Positions 35,421-47,970 of a DNA stretch of 64,000 nt are shown here, in pieces. The stretch lies in contig JAXLNO010005840.1 in assembly GCA_038087875.1 (NCBI GenBank), positions 62,001 to 126,000 of the forward strand, written 5' to 3'. This DNA comes from Malacoraja senta (lineage: Eukaryota). The notes below the pieces were generated by a model, which saw only the letters and a list, made by a program, of their open reading frames with translations, was not told the origin of the DNA and made no database searches. Positions within the stretch are counted from its first letter, which is position 1, and every line of letters starts with the position of its first letter. The position numbers and the translations under genes are program-made.

Positions 35421-36519
35421 TATACCGGCTTGTGCATCGTGTGACTCCATTGGTTTTCTCCGAGTGCCCCAGTTTCCTCCCACACTCCAAAGATGTAGAG
35501 GTTTGTAGGTTAATTGGCTTCTGTAAATTGTAAATGGTCCCTAATGTGTAGGATAGTGCTAATGTATGGGGTGAGGGCTGCCCGGCACGGACTCGGTAGG
35601 CCGAAAGGCCTGTTCCCATGCTAAAGTCTAAACACGAGTATGAAGAGACTTAGTGCATTGCCAGCAGAATCAATTCACAATTGTTTAATTGTTATATGTA
35701 CCAACAAGAGAATGATGATTTTTTACTTGCAGCAGTTTAACGGCCTGTAAATGATTTTTTAAAAATCAATGACTTAATAACTATAATGCTAGTGCAAAAA
35801 AAAAATCAGCTACCGAGGTAAGCTTTAATCCATTTGATGATTGCTCTGTTTCCTATGAAGCATCACAGTACATCATAAGCAGCTGAGCACATCATCTTAA
35901 CAATGATTTCAGGACCACAGGATAATCTATTCTTGTCTGGAACTAAAGACAACAGTGGGCTTTCCGTCAAAAACAAGAAGTGCCTCTAAAGGTGATCAAT
36001 TTTGATACATGTTAATGTTAAACCGACAACTTGTGTAAAATATTACTATCTATATTGCCAAAGCCAGCAGTCTTTTGAAATTCATTTGTACCGCCTACTC
36101 ATTACTATTCTCTCTCCTCCCTCAGTTAATGGCAGATTTTTTCTGTGTTAAACACCATACGGAAATAGCATTGAGAACAGCAAGGCCATGTATTGTGGAG
36201 AGGTTAGAAGGGTCACGACTTGAAACGTCAGCTATCCATGTTCCAGCAATTGGTGTCCTGGAGGCACTTCAAATCCATTTTCAAAAATGCTCTGCTTACA
36301 CCACTATTGGTCGAACATTCAAGGGCATCAGACCAAGCCTGTGACAGGTGTTAAGACAGTCAAAAAGGGGGAATATTCGACTTTTTGATCTTGGATGCAG
36401 ATGCAAATGTCAACATGTGAAATGAAAGAGGTGTCATTGCACCATCTTTCTGCAGGCAAATTCCCAAATTTAAATTGAAAACACATCTTCATCGTGTTTG
36501 AAGCATGATTTTCAAACCT

Positions 36520-37150
36520 GCAAATGTATCCCGGGACCCGCACTGTAGGCCGGGGACCGGGGACTTGCCTGGTAGGCCCAGCCCGCCCGCCGCAGACCAG
36601 GGATCTCCCTGGTCGGCCCAGCCTGCCCGCCACAGACCAGGGACATGCCCGGTAGGCCCAGCCCATCCCCCGGGGACCGGGGTCTTGCCCACCAATGACG
36701 GAGGACCTGTGCCATGGATCAAGGACCCACAGGAACCCACCTGGACGGTCGGTAAGCAGACCGCAGGAGGAGGGAGTCACCGTCTGAATGGTGGAGTGGG
36801 CCGCTGGAGGCCCTGCAGCAGCCTGGGGCACGGCTGGGCAGGGCGCCGCTCGAAAAGGTCGAGCACGTGTACCGGACGCCGTCAACAGCAGTGGAGCAGA
36901 GGCAGAGGAAATCAACAGCTACACTTGGCCAGGACAACAGACCTTCATGGTCAGATCAAAATCCCTGCACTTACAAAGGTGGGACTTGAAAATGGTGCCA
37001 AACTGGCGACTCTGTATACCGTCTCTGTGTTCTACTGCATAACATTTGTAATGTATCTGAGATGCTTATCTGATGTATAGTGATACGTACTGAACTGTAT
37101 ACAAAAATGAATTTCACTGTACCTCAGTACATGTACCTCATTAAAGTACC
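36520..37150 (+). mobile_element. Unclassified GC-rich repeat with internal ~40-bp tandem units and a LINE-like 3' tail
   Basis: Units ggtaggcccagcc.gcccgc..cagaccaggga; ends in ...aatgaatttcactgtacctcagtacatgt. Confidence 0.4.
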
Positions 37151-37920
37151 GTACATTGTAATGAGGGCAGATTCAAATTAGGTCTATCAGCTCCATGGGA
37201 CACCAGCAAAGCAGGACAGATTTCCATCATCTACTATAAATTGAAACTTACCAAATACTGAATGGCCTTAAGTGAGTGGATACGGAGAGGATGTTTCCAT
37301 TAGTGGGAGAGTCTAGGACCAGATGGCATAGCTTCAGAATAAAATAATGTATCTCTAGAAAGGAGATGAAGAGGAATTTATTTAGTCAGAAGATGGAGAA
37401 TCTGTGGAATTCATTGCCACAGATTAGGTAATTTTAAGGTGGAGATTGACATATGTTTCACTAGTAAGGATGTCAAGGGTTATTGGAGAAGGCAGGAGAA
37501 TGGGGTTGAGAGGGAAAGATATATCAGCCATAATTGAATAGCGGAGTAGACTCGATGGGCCAAATGGCCTGATTCTGCTCCGATGACTTATGAACTGATG
37601 AACAAGTCTGCTCATCTTTGGAATGTGGGAGAAAATCCCCGTGGTCACAGCATGAACGAACAAACTCAGTATAGACAGCATCCATAGTTCGAATTGAACC
37701 CGAGTCTCTGGTGCTGTAAGGCAGCAACCCTACTGATGAACCACTGTCTATTCACTTTCTCAAGTTGAACTTCATTGGAACAGAAATCTGAGGGACAAGA
37801 CAAAGCTCTAAGTCACCCTTGCAGGCAAACTTGTAAATATATCACCATTTCTGACGAGTCAAAATCCTGGGCGTAATGACACATCAACAGTTTGGGAGTA
37901 CATCATCTTGAGGACAACTG

Positions 37921-38322
37921 AGGTCCCAGCGCAAATTGGAGGAACAGCACCTCATATTTCGCTTGGGCAGCTTACACCCCAGCGGTATAAACATGAACTT
38001 CTCTAACTTCAAGTAACCCTTGCTTTCCCTCACTTTCCATCCTTCCCCCTTCCCAGTTCTCCGACCAGTCTGACTGTCTCTGACTACATTTTATCTCTGT
38101 TTGCTTTGTTGTTACCTTCTCCCAGTTAACAATGATCTATTCTACATTTTCCTTGAGCCACATCCCCTTTGTCCTGTTTTCACACCTTACTCTTCCTTAT
38201 CTATGTATCTCCCTCTCCCTTGACATCAGTCTGAAGAAGGGTCTCGACCCGAAACGTCACCCATTCCTTCCGTCCGGAGATGCTACCTGTCCTGCTGAGT
38301 TACTCCAGCATTTTGTGTCCAT
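37921..38322 (+). mobile_element. Penelope-like element 3' end: GIY-YIG C-terminus, UTR, hammerhead, terminal module
   Basis: QRKLEEQHLIFRLGSLHPSGINMNFSNFK* (37927-38016), then a pyrimidine-rich UTR, the hammerhead core and the terminal module. Confidence 0.8.
38228..38261 (+). ncRNA. Minimal type I hammerhead ribozyme motif, intact core
   Basis: AGT CTGAAGA A GGGT-CTCG-ACCC GAAAC GTC ACC; predicted cleavage 3' of C38258. Confidence 0.72.
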
Positions 38323-38709
38323 CTTCAAGGAGGCATGATAGTTCTGAATTAATCAGGAATGGGTTTCAAATGACACCAAGTGAGCAGGTTACAAAACCAC
38401 GCATGGAAAGCTGTCCACTGCAAACCTGAACTAATAAAAAAAACTCAGGATTTGTAGAATTACGTTGTGAGACAAGATTTGAAATATTTTCATCAAGCAA
38501 TGCAGGTTAAGGGCTAGGGCTAAAATTAAACTGTCCTACGAAACTGCATTCATACTCCTGTCCAGTATTTCTAATAAGCCTAAGACAAGCAGCTAGAGCC
38601 ACATGGATTAATCCCTTCTGCAGATTGTCAATCTGTTTAATAAAAGGAAATAAAGTGATTTGGCTCAATGTACAATATAATGTACAATGTACATTTGGCT
38701 CAATGTACT

Positions 38710-40252
38710 TAAGGAAGTAGCCCCAGAAATAGTGGATGCATTTGTGATAATTTTTCAAAACTTTAGATTGTGGAGTAGTTCCTGAGGATTGGAGGGTAGC
38801 TAATGTAACCCCACTTTTTAAAAAGGGAGGGAGAGAGAAAACGGTGAATTACAGACCAGTTAGTCTAACGTCGGTAGTGGGGAAACTGCTAGAATCAGTT
38901 ATTAAAGATGGGATAGCAGCACATTTGGAAAGTGGTGAAATCATTGGACAAAGTCAGCATGGATTTATGAAAGGTAAATCATGTCTGACGAATCTTATAG
39001 AATTTTTCGAGGATGTAACTAGTAGAGTGGATAAGGGAGAACCAGTGGATGTGTTATATCTGGACTTTCAGAAGGCTTTCGACAAGGTCCCATATAAGAG
39101 ATTAGTATACAAACTTAAAGCACACGGCATTGGGGGTTCAGTATTGATGTGGATAGAGAACTGGCTGGCAGACAGGAAGCAAAGAGTAGGAGTAAACGGG
39201 TCCTTTTCACAATGGCAGGCAGTGACTAGTGGGGTACCGCAAGGCTCAGTGCTGGGACCCCAGCTATTTACGATATATATTAATGATTTGGACGAGGGAA
39301 TTGAATGCAACATCTCCAAGTTTGCAGATGACACGAAGCTGGGGGGCAGTGTTAGCTGTGAGGAGGTTGCTCGGAGGCTGCAAGGTGACTTGGATAGGCT
39401 GGGTGAGTGGGCAAATGCATGGCAGATGCAGTATAATGTGGATGTGAGGTTATCCACTTTGATGGCAAAAACAGGAAAGTCGACTATTATCTGAATGGTG
39501 GCCGATTAGGAAAAGGGGAGTGCAATGAGACCTGGGTGTCATGGTACACCAGTCATTAAAAGTAGGCATCCAGGTGCAGCAGGCAGTGAAGAAGGCGAAT
39601 GGTATGTTAGCATTCATAGCAAAAGGAATTGAGTATAGGAGCAGGGAGGTTCTACTGCAGTTGTGCAGGGTCTTGGTGAGACCACACCTGGAGTATTGCG
39701 TACAGTTTTGGTCTCCTAATCTGAGGAAAGACATTCTTGCCATAGAGGGAGTACAGAGATGGTTCACCAGCCTGATTCCTGGGATGTCAGGACTTTCATA
39801 TGAAGAAAGACTGGATAGACTCGGTTTGTACTCGCTAGAATTTAGAAGATTGAGGGGGGATCTTATAGAAACGTACAAAATTCTTAAGGGGTTGGACAGG
39901 CTAGATTCAGGAAGATTGTTCCCGATGTTGGGGAAGTCCAGAACAAGGGGTCACAGTTAAAGGATAAGGGAGAAATCTTTTAGGACGGAGATGAGGAAAT
40001 CATTTTTCACACAGAGAGTGGTGAATCTCTGGAATTCTCTGCCACAGAAGGTAGTTGAGGCCAGTTCATTGGCTATATTCAAGAGGGAGTTAGATGTGGC
40101 CCTTGTGGCTAAAGGGATCAGGGGGTATGGACAGAAAGCAGGTACAGGATACTGAGTTGGATGATCAGCCATGACCATATTGAATGGCGGTACAGGCTCG
40201 AAGGGCCGAATGGCCTACTCCTGCACCTGTTTTCTATGTTTCTATTTTTCTA
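38710..40252 (+). mobile_element. 5'-truncated CR1 LINE, RT region with frameshifts
   Basis: [53 protein letters not shown]; (TTTCTAT)n tail. Confidence 0.93.
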
Positions 40253-40943
40253 TAAGTAGATAGACAAAAAAAAAGTATATATCTTTAGTGCATTTTCTGA
40301 AATTAAAGTAACAGCAGGTGTTGCACTTGAATTTATTCCACAAGTTTCATCCTGTAGCTTTGGGAGCATTGATGGCACGGTGGCGCAGCGGTAGAGTTGC
40401 TGCTTAGCAGCGTCAGAAACCTCGGTTCAATCCTGGCTACGGGTGCTGTCTGTACGCAGTTTGTACATTCTCGCCATGACCTACGTGGGTTTTCTCCTGG
40501 GTCTCTGGTTTCCTCCCACACTTCAAAACTGAGACCAAAACTCCAAGTGTGGTCTCACCAGGACGCTGTACAACTGCAGAAGGACCTCTTTGCTCTTATA
40601 CTCAAATCCTCTTGTTATGATGGCCAACTTGCCATTAGATTTCTTCACTGCCTGCTGTACCTGCATGCTTACTTTCAGTGACTGATGAACCAGGACCCCA
40701 GACCTCGTTGTACTTCCCCTTTTCCCAACTTGACACCATTCAGATCTCTTACATAGATATTGTGACTAACAGTTTAATACTATTACTGCTCATCAGAAGG
40801 GAAGGGAAGGGAAGGGAAAACCCAGCCGTATAAAATATACACAGTCAACGCATTTGGAAATTATTGGGCAGTATTTGTTTAGTGTCTCATTTTTTATTCT
40901 CTGCGACACTCCAACTGGAGAAGTGAAGCATTCAATGCCCTAA

Positions 40944-41273
40944 AAGCCCTGTCCCACGGTACGAGTTCATTCCAAAAGCTCTCCCGAGTTTAAAAAAAAT
41001 CAAACTAGTGGTAAGCACGGAGAATGAACGTAGCGGGTACGTCGGAGCTCGGGGACGTCTCTTAGGGGCTCGTAACGCTTACGGCAGGTACTCGGGAAGA
41101 CTCGCTAACGGCAGGTAAGCATGGGAAGACTCGTTAAGATTTTTCAACATGTTGAAAAATGTCCACGAGAGCCCCGAGCACCGACGAGTGGCCATTACTG
41201 TAAATCTCCGAGTTCGAATCTGGGCAAACTCGGGAGAGCTCTTGGAATGAACTCGTACCATGGGACAGGGCTT
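40944..41273. mobile_element. PIF/Harbinger-type MITE (330 bp)
   Basis: About 50-bp TIRs aagccctgtcccacggtacgagttcattcc... and ...ggaatgaactcgtaccatgggacagggctt; TAA on both flanks (40941-40943, 41274-41276). Confidence 0.8.
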
Positions 41274-42079
41274 TAAGACAGTAGTTATTTACCCTTATTC
41301 TTTATGACAACTATGCTACTAATTTGCCATAATAAATGCAGCTATCATTACTTCTTGGATAGCACTACATTTAAAAACTGGGAAATAATGGGCATAACTG
41401 AGTGCATCGGAAAATGATAGTATGGCCATTTAAATGGTAGTAAAATAGGGAAATCAGGAGAGCCTGGATTTTACAACAGAGCAACCTATTGTTTTTGAGA
41501 AAAAGCTCAACATCAAATAGAGATGAAAAGGGGTACAGTGAACTTAGAGATATAGAGTTATTTCCAGCAGCTTAATTAAAAGTTTCTTTTTTTAAAAACT
41601 TTTCCCTCTTAACGTTTTGTTGAAAAATATTAGCTATCTGATATAGCTTAAAATGATATATAAATGTTAACCAGAGAATATGACATTTGATACAACATGG
41701 GACTGCTGAGATGATTAATACATTGCATTAAAAGAGAATCTAGACAAACAAGATGATCTTGATAAGCTATGTTGGCAAGAGATCACGAGGAGCACAGGGA
41801 TGATTGCAGCAAAGGACCTACTCCTGTGGTCATTCCTCAATTATGCATCCACAAGAACAATCATCAATTACAGTTTGCTGCACAAAGAGAACTGAGGCAA
41901 GAATATGTGGATTTTTAATCATGTCTGACCAACTGTGGTATAAAATAGCTGTGCTTCATAACTAGCTGTGCTTCAAGTAAGTCTCTTTCAATGAGCTGGA
42001 AAATTACTACCCTATGGAAAATGTGGAAAACTGGTCAGACATACCCTGTTCACAGAAAAGCCACTTACACTACCACCCA

Positions 42080-42450
42080 ATCATGTGATGCAAACTCCAT
42101 CTTCAAGTTCATTGTTGTTGCCCGAATTGCAGATGGTGATGAGTCAGAGTATAGAAGGGAGATCGACCGACTGACCATATGGTGCCAGCACAGCAACCTT
42201 GCCCTCAATGTCAGTCAGAGCGAGGAACTGATTGTGGTCTTTGGAAAAGGAAGGATGAGAACCCACAAACTGTCTTATACAAATGGGATGATGGTGGAGA
42301 GAGTCAAACGCTTCAAATTCCTGAGCGTGCATATCTCTGAAGATCTTTCCTGGACCCAGCACACTGATGCGATTATAAAGAAACCCCATTAATGCCTCTA
42401 CTTCCTGAAAAGATTGTGGAGATTTGGTATGTCAGAGACGACTCTCTTGA
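42080..42450 (+). mobile_element. Rex1/Babar-like LINE RT fragment
   Basis: DESEYRREIDRLTIWCQHSNLALNVSQSEELIV...VERVKRFKFLSVHISEDLSW. Confidence 0.8.
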
Positions 42451-42545
42451 AATGAGAGAAATCAATATTCATACCGCATGCTTGTAAGCTGCCCAAGCGA
42501 AATATGAGGTGCTGTTCCTCCAATTTGCGTGTGGCCTCACTATGA
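42450..42545 (-). mobile_element. Penelope-like GIY-YIG C-terminal fragment
   Basis: EATRKLEEQHLIFRLGSLQACGMNIDFSHFK. Confidence 0.8.
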
Positions 42546-44167
42546 CGGATGGAATATTTTACACTTGCCTGGAGGAGTGAGGCAGTAACAAAATTCAAGT
42601 AGATCAACACCAACAAAGACAAAGCAAGCCACCTCATTGCCATCGCATTATCCACAGTAAATATGCATTCATTCCCTCCACCTCCAAGCACAGTGGCTGC
42701 AGTGTGCACCATCTGAAACTATGCACCAGTTACTTGCCCAGGTTACTCTGGAAACATCTTCCAAACCCGTAATCTCTACCAACAAGATGGACAAGGGGAG
42801 CAAGTCCATGGCTACAATACTACCTGAAGGTTCTGTTCCAAGTAATATACCATGTTCATCTGAAAATATATAGCTTGTTCTTCATCAGAAGGTTGATCAT
42901 CACTGTTCTTCATCAGTGGTTCAAGAAGGTGGTTTACACCATCTTCCCAAAGTAAATTATGGGTGAAGAATTGATACTGACATTGCTGGCAATACCCAGA
43001 CCCAAAAATGAAAAATGAAGAAACAAAGTTCAAGACAAAATGACTGGATAGAGAGAGGAAACATCCAAGGCAGGGATTCTATTTTTATATAATGTTCATT
43101 ATACAGAAGTAACTTCAATAGTTTGTTGGACTAAACTAAATTAATAAATAATCATAAAATTGAATACAATTGGTGAAAAGTAGAGCAAAATAAGATTAGT
43201 TTCAGTTTGCTCAGGAAAGATATAGGGAAAATTCACAGTTACTAATGACTGTACTACAAATCAATATTAAATATATTGGGGAAGAATACAACTTAAATTT
43301 ATTCTAATGCAAGAATAAAAAGCAGAAAAAGTAACACATACCAGCATTTTTATTCCTTTTCTATGCATTTGTACTCCTTGCATGACAGAGGTGATTACCA
43401 ATGCATTTATTATCAGGCTCTTTTGGAATTGAAAACAACTGCAGGAGATCACAGTGTTGAATAATTCGTTTTTTAGTTTGGGGCTACAAAGTCTCTGGCT
43501 CTCCCTGTTTCAAATGATGAGGTCCAATGATCCTGATTGCTTTGTGCATTTCACCAGCGTGTGCCACTGATTACATACGCTGCTGCTGAGGGAACTGGAT
43601 ATATGGGAGATGGAATGCAAAAGGAAAAACTAGATGTATCTGTACACTTGCTACCTTCAGCCATTAAAGCTAAGAGCCAGTACTTTTTATAAAGACAACA
43701 AAAGTCATACAAAGACTTTAGGATAACTTAGATTTTCTTGTTTTGCATGGAAAGATTATACATAGTTTGTGTAGGAAGGAACTGCAGATGCCGGTTTACA
43801 TCGGAGATAGACACAAAATACTGGAGTAACTCAGGCAGCATCTCTGGATAGAAGGAATGGGTGACGTTTTGGGTTGAGACCCTTCTTCAGACCCAGACTC
43901 ATAGGTTGTACATTGTTTGGAAGAGTCACAGTCTGAATATTAACCAATGTTTCCCTTTCAGATGTTCACCAAGCTGCTCCTATATGCAGCACCTTTGCCG
44001 ATTGCTACAATACTCACCAGTACATACCAGAAAATCAGACTGCAACACCTGAACTGTGTACCTGTATAATTTAGTGTGGAAATCCAGAAGTTGTTCTTGT
44101 ATTTCCTGCTCCAAGTGGTGGGCTGTTTTGCAATGTTCTCCAATTAAATCAGTGAACTTGTAAGAAC

Positions 44168-44470
44168 AGGGCAACATAGTGGCACAGCAGCAGAGTTGCT
44201 GCCTTGCAGTGCCAGAGACCTGGATTCAATCCTGACTATGGGCGCAATCTGTACGGAGTTTGTACGTTCTCCCTGTGACCGCGTGGGTTTTCTCTGGGTG
44301 CTCCAGTTTCTCCCTGCACTCCGAGGACATGTGGGTTTGTAAGTTAATTGGCTTTGGTAAGTTGTAAAATTGGCTCTGGTGTATGTAGGTGTGTAGGTTA
44401 GTGTGCAGGGTGATCGTTGGTCAGCAATGGCGTGGTGGGCCAAAGGGCCATTTTCCGCACTGTACCTCTA
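44168..44470 (+). mobile_element. HE1/V-SINE-like SINE
   Basis: tRNA-like head and conserved body. Confidence 0.8.
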
Positions 44471-46103
44471 GATTCCAAATTTTAAGAAAGAATGAATTCA
44501 TATTGTATAACTACCTTCCACTGTCTAAGGACATTTTAAAGCATTTCACAGATAATAAAGTACTCCAAATTAGCATAACTGGTGCACAAGAGAGGAATAA
44601 AGGCTTCCCAATCCTCTGGCTTCCCAGTAATCTTTGTAATGTTATATGCCTTTTCATTTATGCTGTATTTGACTTCTCTTGTCAGTCACATGCACCTCAT
44701 TCTCCCTTTAGAATCTTTCTTCCTCTTTGGAATGAACAAATACTGTGACTTTTGAATTATTCCCAGAAATTCCTGCCATTACTCTTCCACCGTTGTTCTT
44801 CCTAGGGTCCCTTTCCAATCAACTTTAGCCAGCTCCTCCTTCATGCCTCTGTAGTCACCTTTGCTCAGCTGTAAAACCGACACATCCAATGTCATCTTCT
44901 CCCTATCAAATTCCAGGTTGAATTTTTATCAAATTATGGTCACTGCCTCCTATACAGGTACACACACGCATTTAAGGAAGGCAAGTGAATTTGAGTCCGT
45001 CTGAATAAGGGGCCAGACCCAAAACAACACCTGTCCATTTCCTCCACAGATGTTGTCTGACCCGTTGAGTTCCTCCAGCACTTTGTGTTTTACTCAAGAT
45101 GACAACCTGCAGTTTCTTGTGTCTCCAAGAGGATTCAAGTACTGTAGTTGAGAAGTCTGCCTCAAGTTAGACACGGTCCTGCTGAGAACACACTTAGAAT
45201 ATTGGTGTACAGGCCTGGTCTCTCCATTTAAGGAAGGGTATGTTTGAAATGCAATGAGGACTGATCATATTAATTACTGGCATGGGAGGGTTGCTCTGCA
45301 AGATGAAATAAAGCATACTGGTCCTATGCCCACGAGGGCTCAGAAGAATGAGAAGTAAATGTACAACATTTTCACGTGGGTTGATAAGGTAAATGCGGAG
45401 ATATATTTCCATAGCTCGAGGTCATTCTAAAATGAAATTGTCCATTCAGGATTGAGAAGAAATTTCTTCAGAGGACGGTGAATTTTTAGAAATCTCTGTC
45501 TAAAAGGCTTGTGAATGATTCAACACAGAATGCAATACAGAAATACATCAAGACATTTTTTGGATGTTAACAAATCAAGGGGTGTGGGGTTGTTGCAGAA
45601 AAATGGCTGAGGTAAAAGATCAGCCATGATCTGAGTGAATGGCAGTCAGGCACTTATGATAGAATGGCGGGTTCATGCTAATACCTTATACAATAATGAA
45701 TGAAGGAGTTGATATTGTGCTCAATTTAATATTTTAATGTAAACAATATGTTGCCAATTTCAAACTCCATCTGACTCACTGGTTCACCAACAACTGGCAG
45801 AAATTGTGAATACTGTAACAATGTCTTCATTTCATTAAAAATATGAAGAATGAATGCAAGCAAGATTTCTATTGTATCCATACTTGTACATAAGACAATA
45901 AAGTTGAATGGATAGGAGGAAGATGTTGTCATGAACAATCTGCGATGATGCATGTGATAAAACAGAGAAACTGGTCCAATTATAATCAGTGTTTGTTGTA
46001 AAAAAAACACATTTTTAAAGACTATAATAACTTATGGAAGAGCTACCACACAGTACCTCTTTATATTGCAGCATTAAATCCCAAATTAGTGAATTTTCTG
46101 GAG

Positions 46104-46315
46104 ATACACACAAAAAGCTGGAGTAACTCAGCGGGTCAGACAGCATCTCTGGAGTAAAGGAAAAGGTGGCGTTTCGGGTTGAGACCCTTCTTCAGTCTTG
46201 ACCCAAAACATCATCTATTCCTTTTCTCCCGAGATGCTGTCTGAACTGCTGAGTTACTCCAACTTTTTGTGTCTATCTTCGGTTTAAACCAGCATCTGTA
46301 GTTCCTTCCTACACA
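46104..46315. mobile_element. Fold-back Penelope-terminal mini-element with 17-bp direct repeats
   Basis: Inverted arms; TAGTGAATTTTCTGGAG at 46087-46103 and 46316-46332. Confidence 0.8.
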
Positions 46316-47609
46316 TAGTGAATTTTCTGGAGGACCTTAGAAATAATAATAAAGACTCAAACAGCAGCAGCCCTTCACAAACTGGAAATTCTGCCGGACA
46401 AGATCAAACTAACCTACTTATGTAGAGATCACACAGAAAATTAGATAACTCTCTCAGTCCTCCATTTTATACTTAACTTATGGAAACACGGAACCTCCCT
46501 TTCCCACTTGGACCCTCAGGCACAAGAACTATTGGAAGTCACTGTGATAGTCAGGTGAGGAAGATGGAAAAAAATGCTATTCTTTTACATAGCCAAATAT
46601 CAAACCTCAAACTCCAACGCCACACCAGGAAGAAACTAAAACAATCTCCACAAAAAAAACCCAGGGGGGCATTTCACTGAGCATGAATTATTTACCATTA
46701 AGTTTGAAAATAAAAGTGAGGGCAGATAAATTAAAATGGGAGGCATTCTCAAGATGACAGGCTCATCATTATTTCTACTGTCAAAAACATGGTCATTAGT
46801 TCCAATTTCACTCTTAAACAAAGATCCCTGGATCAGAAATAAATAACAGATAATTTTGGAAGTTGGTGGTTGGTTGCCAATTAAATATGTGCAATCTGCT
46901 CATCTTACCAGCAAAAATAAACAACAACAAAAGCAAGGAATTTAGTCACGATATATAATATTTTCATATTTCATGGGGTTGAAGAAGATTTGGTATTTTA
47001 ATACATGAAGTTAGCCATCATGCCAACTCATATCTCTTTTCCTGATGTGGACTGCTTGACATTAACACACTTGCAGATCAAGGAAGTGTTAGTGTGAACA
47101 GTCACTGTGAACATGCCCTGTGCTATTTGCAGTACCATTTGGGAATTGCCACTTGTGTAAGACAAATCCGATACATGAGAACAACAGTCCCGGCTGGTGC
47201 ATTATTCTTTTTGATCTTTCAATACCAGGCCATTTCCTAAAGATTTGGTCTCCATTTATCGACTTATTACAAATATAGGGTGCAACAAAATGTTGATAAT
47301 AAATGGTTTCAGGACCTGGTGAGGGGTGAGTAAAGATATGAATTAGGTACATCCCTTTTATATTGTCTTATCTTATTTTACTTTTTTTTCTTGTTCCTTC
47401 TTTTGTTTTTTTAACTCTTTCTTGTGGTTTAGGTCCCTATGGGTTTCCCTGGACCACTCTTTCACTCACTCACTTACTATCTCTGCTAACTCTTTCTATC
47501 CTTTTTAAAGTTTAAAATAAGAAGTGGTACAAGAAATGTATAATTTTATGTTTGTTTGAGATCACTGCACTGTACAATACTTCCAATAAAAATTTAAAAA
47601 GAAATATAA

Positions 47610-47970
47610 GATTGTTAAGGGCTTGGGCACGCTAGAGGCAGGAAACATGTTCCCGATGTTGGGGGAGTCCAGAACCAGGGGCCACAGTTTAAGAATAAGG
47701 AGGAAGCCATTTAGAACGGAGACGAGGAAACACTTTTTCTCACAGAGAGTGGTGAGTCTGTGGAATTCTCTGCCTCAGAGGGCGGTGGAAGCCGGTTCTC
47801 TGGATGCTTTCAAGAGAGAGCTAGATAGGGCTCTTAAAAATAGCAGAGTCAGGGGATATGGGGAGAAGGCAGGAACGGGTTACTGATTGGGGATGATCAG
47901 CCATGATCACATTGAATGGCGGTGCTGGTTCAAAGGGTCAAATGGCCTGCTCCTGCATCTATTTCTATTG
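47610..47970 (+). mobile_element. CR1 3' fragment
   Basis: LEAGNMFPMLGESRTRGHSLRIR..PFRTETRKHFFSQRVV. Confidence 0.88.
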
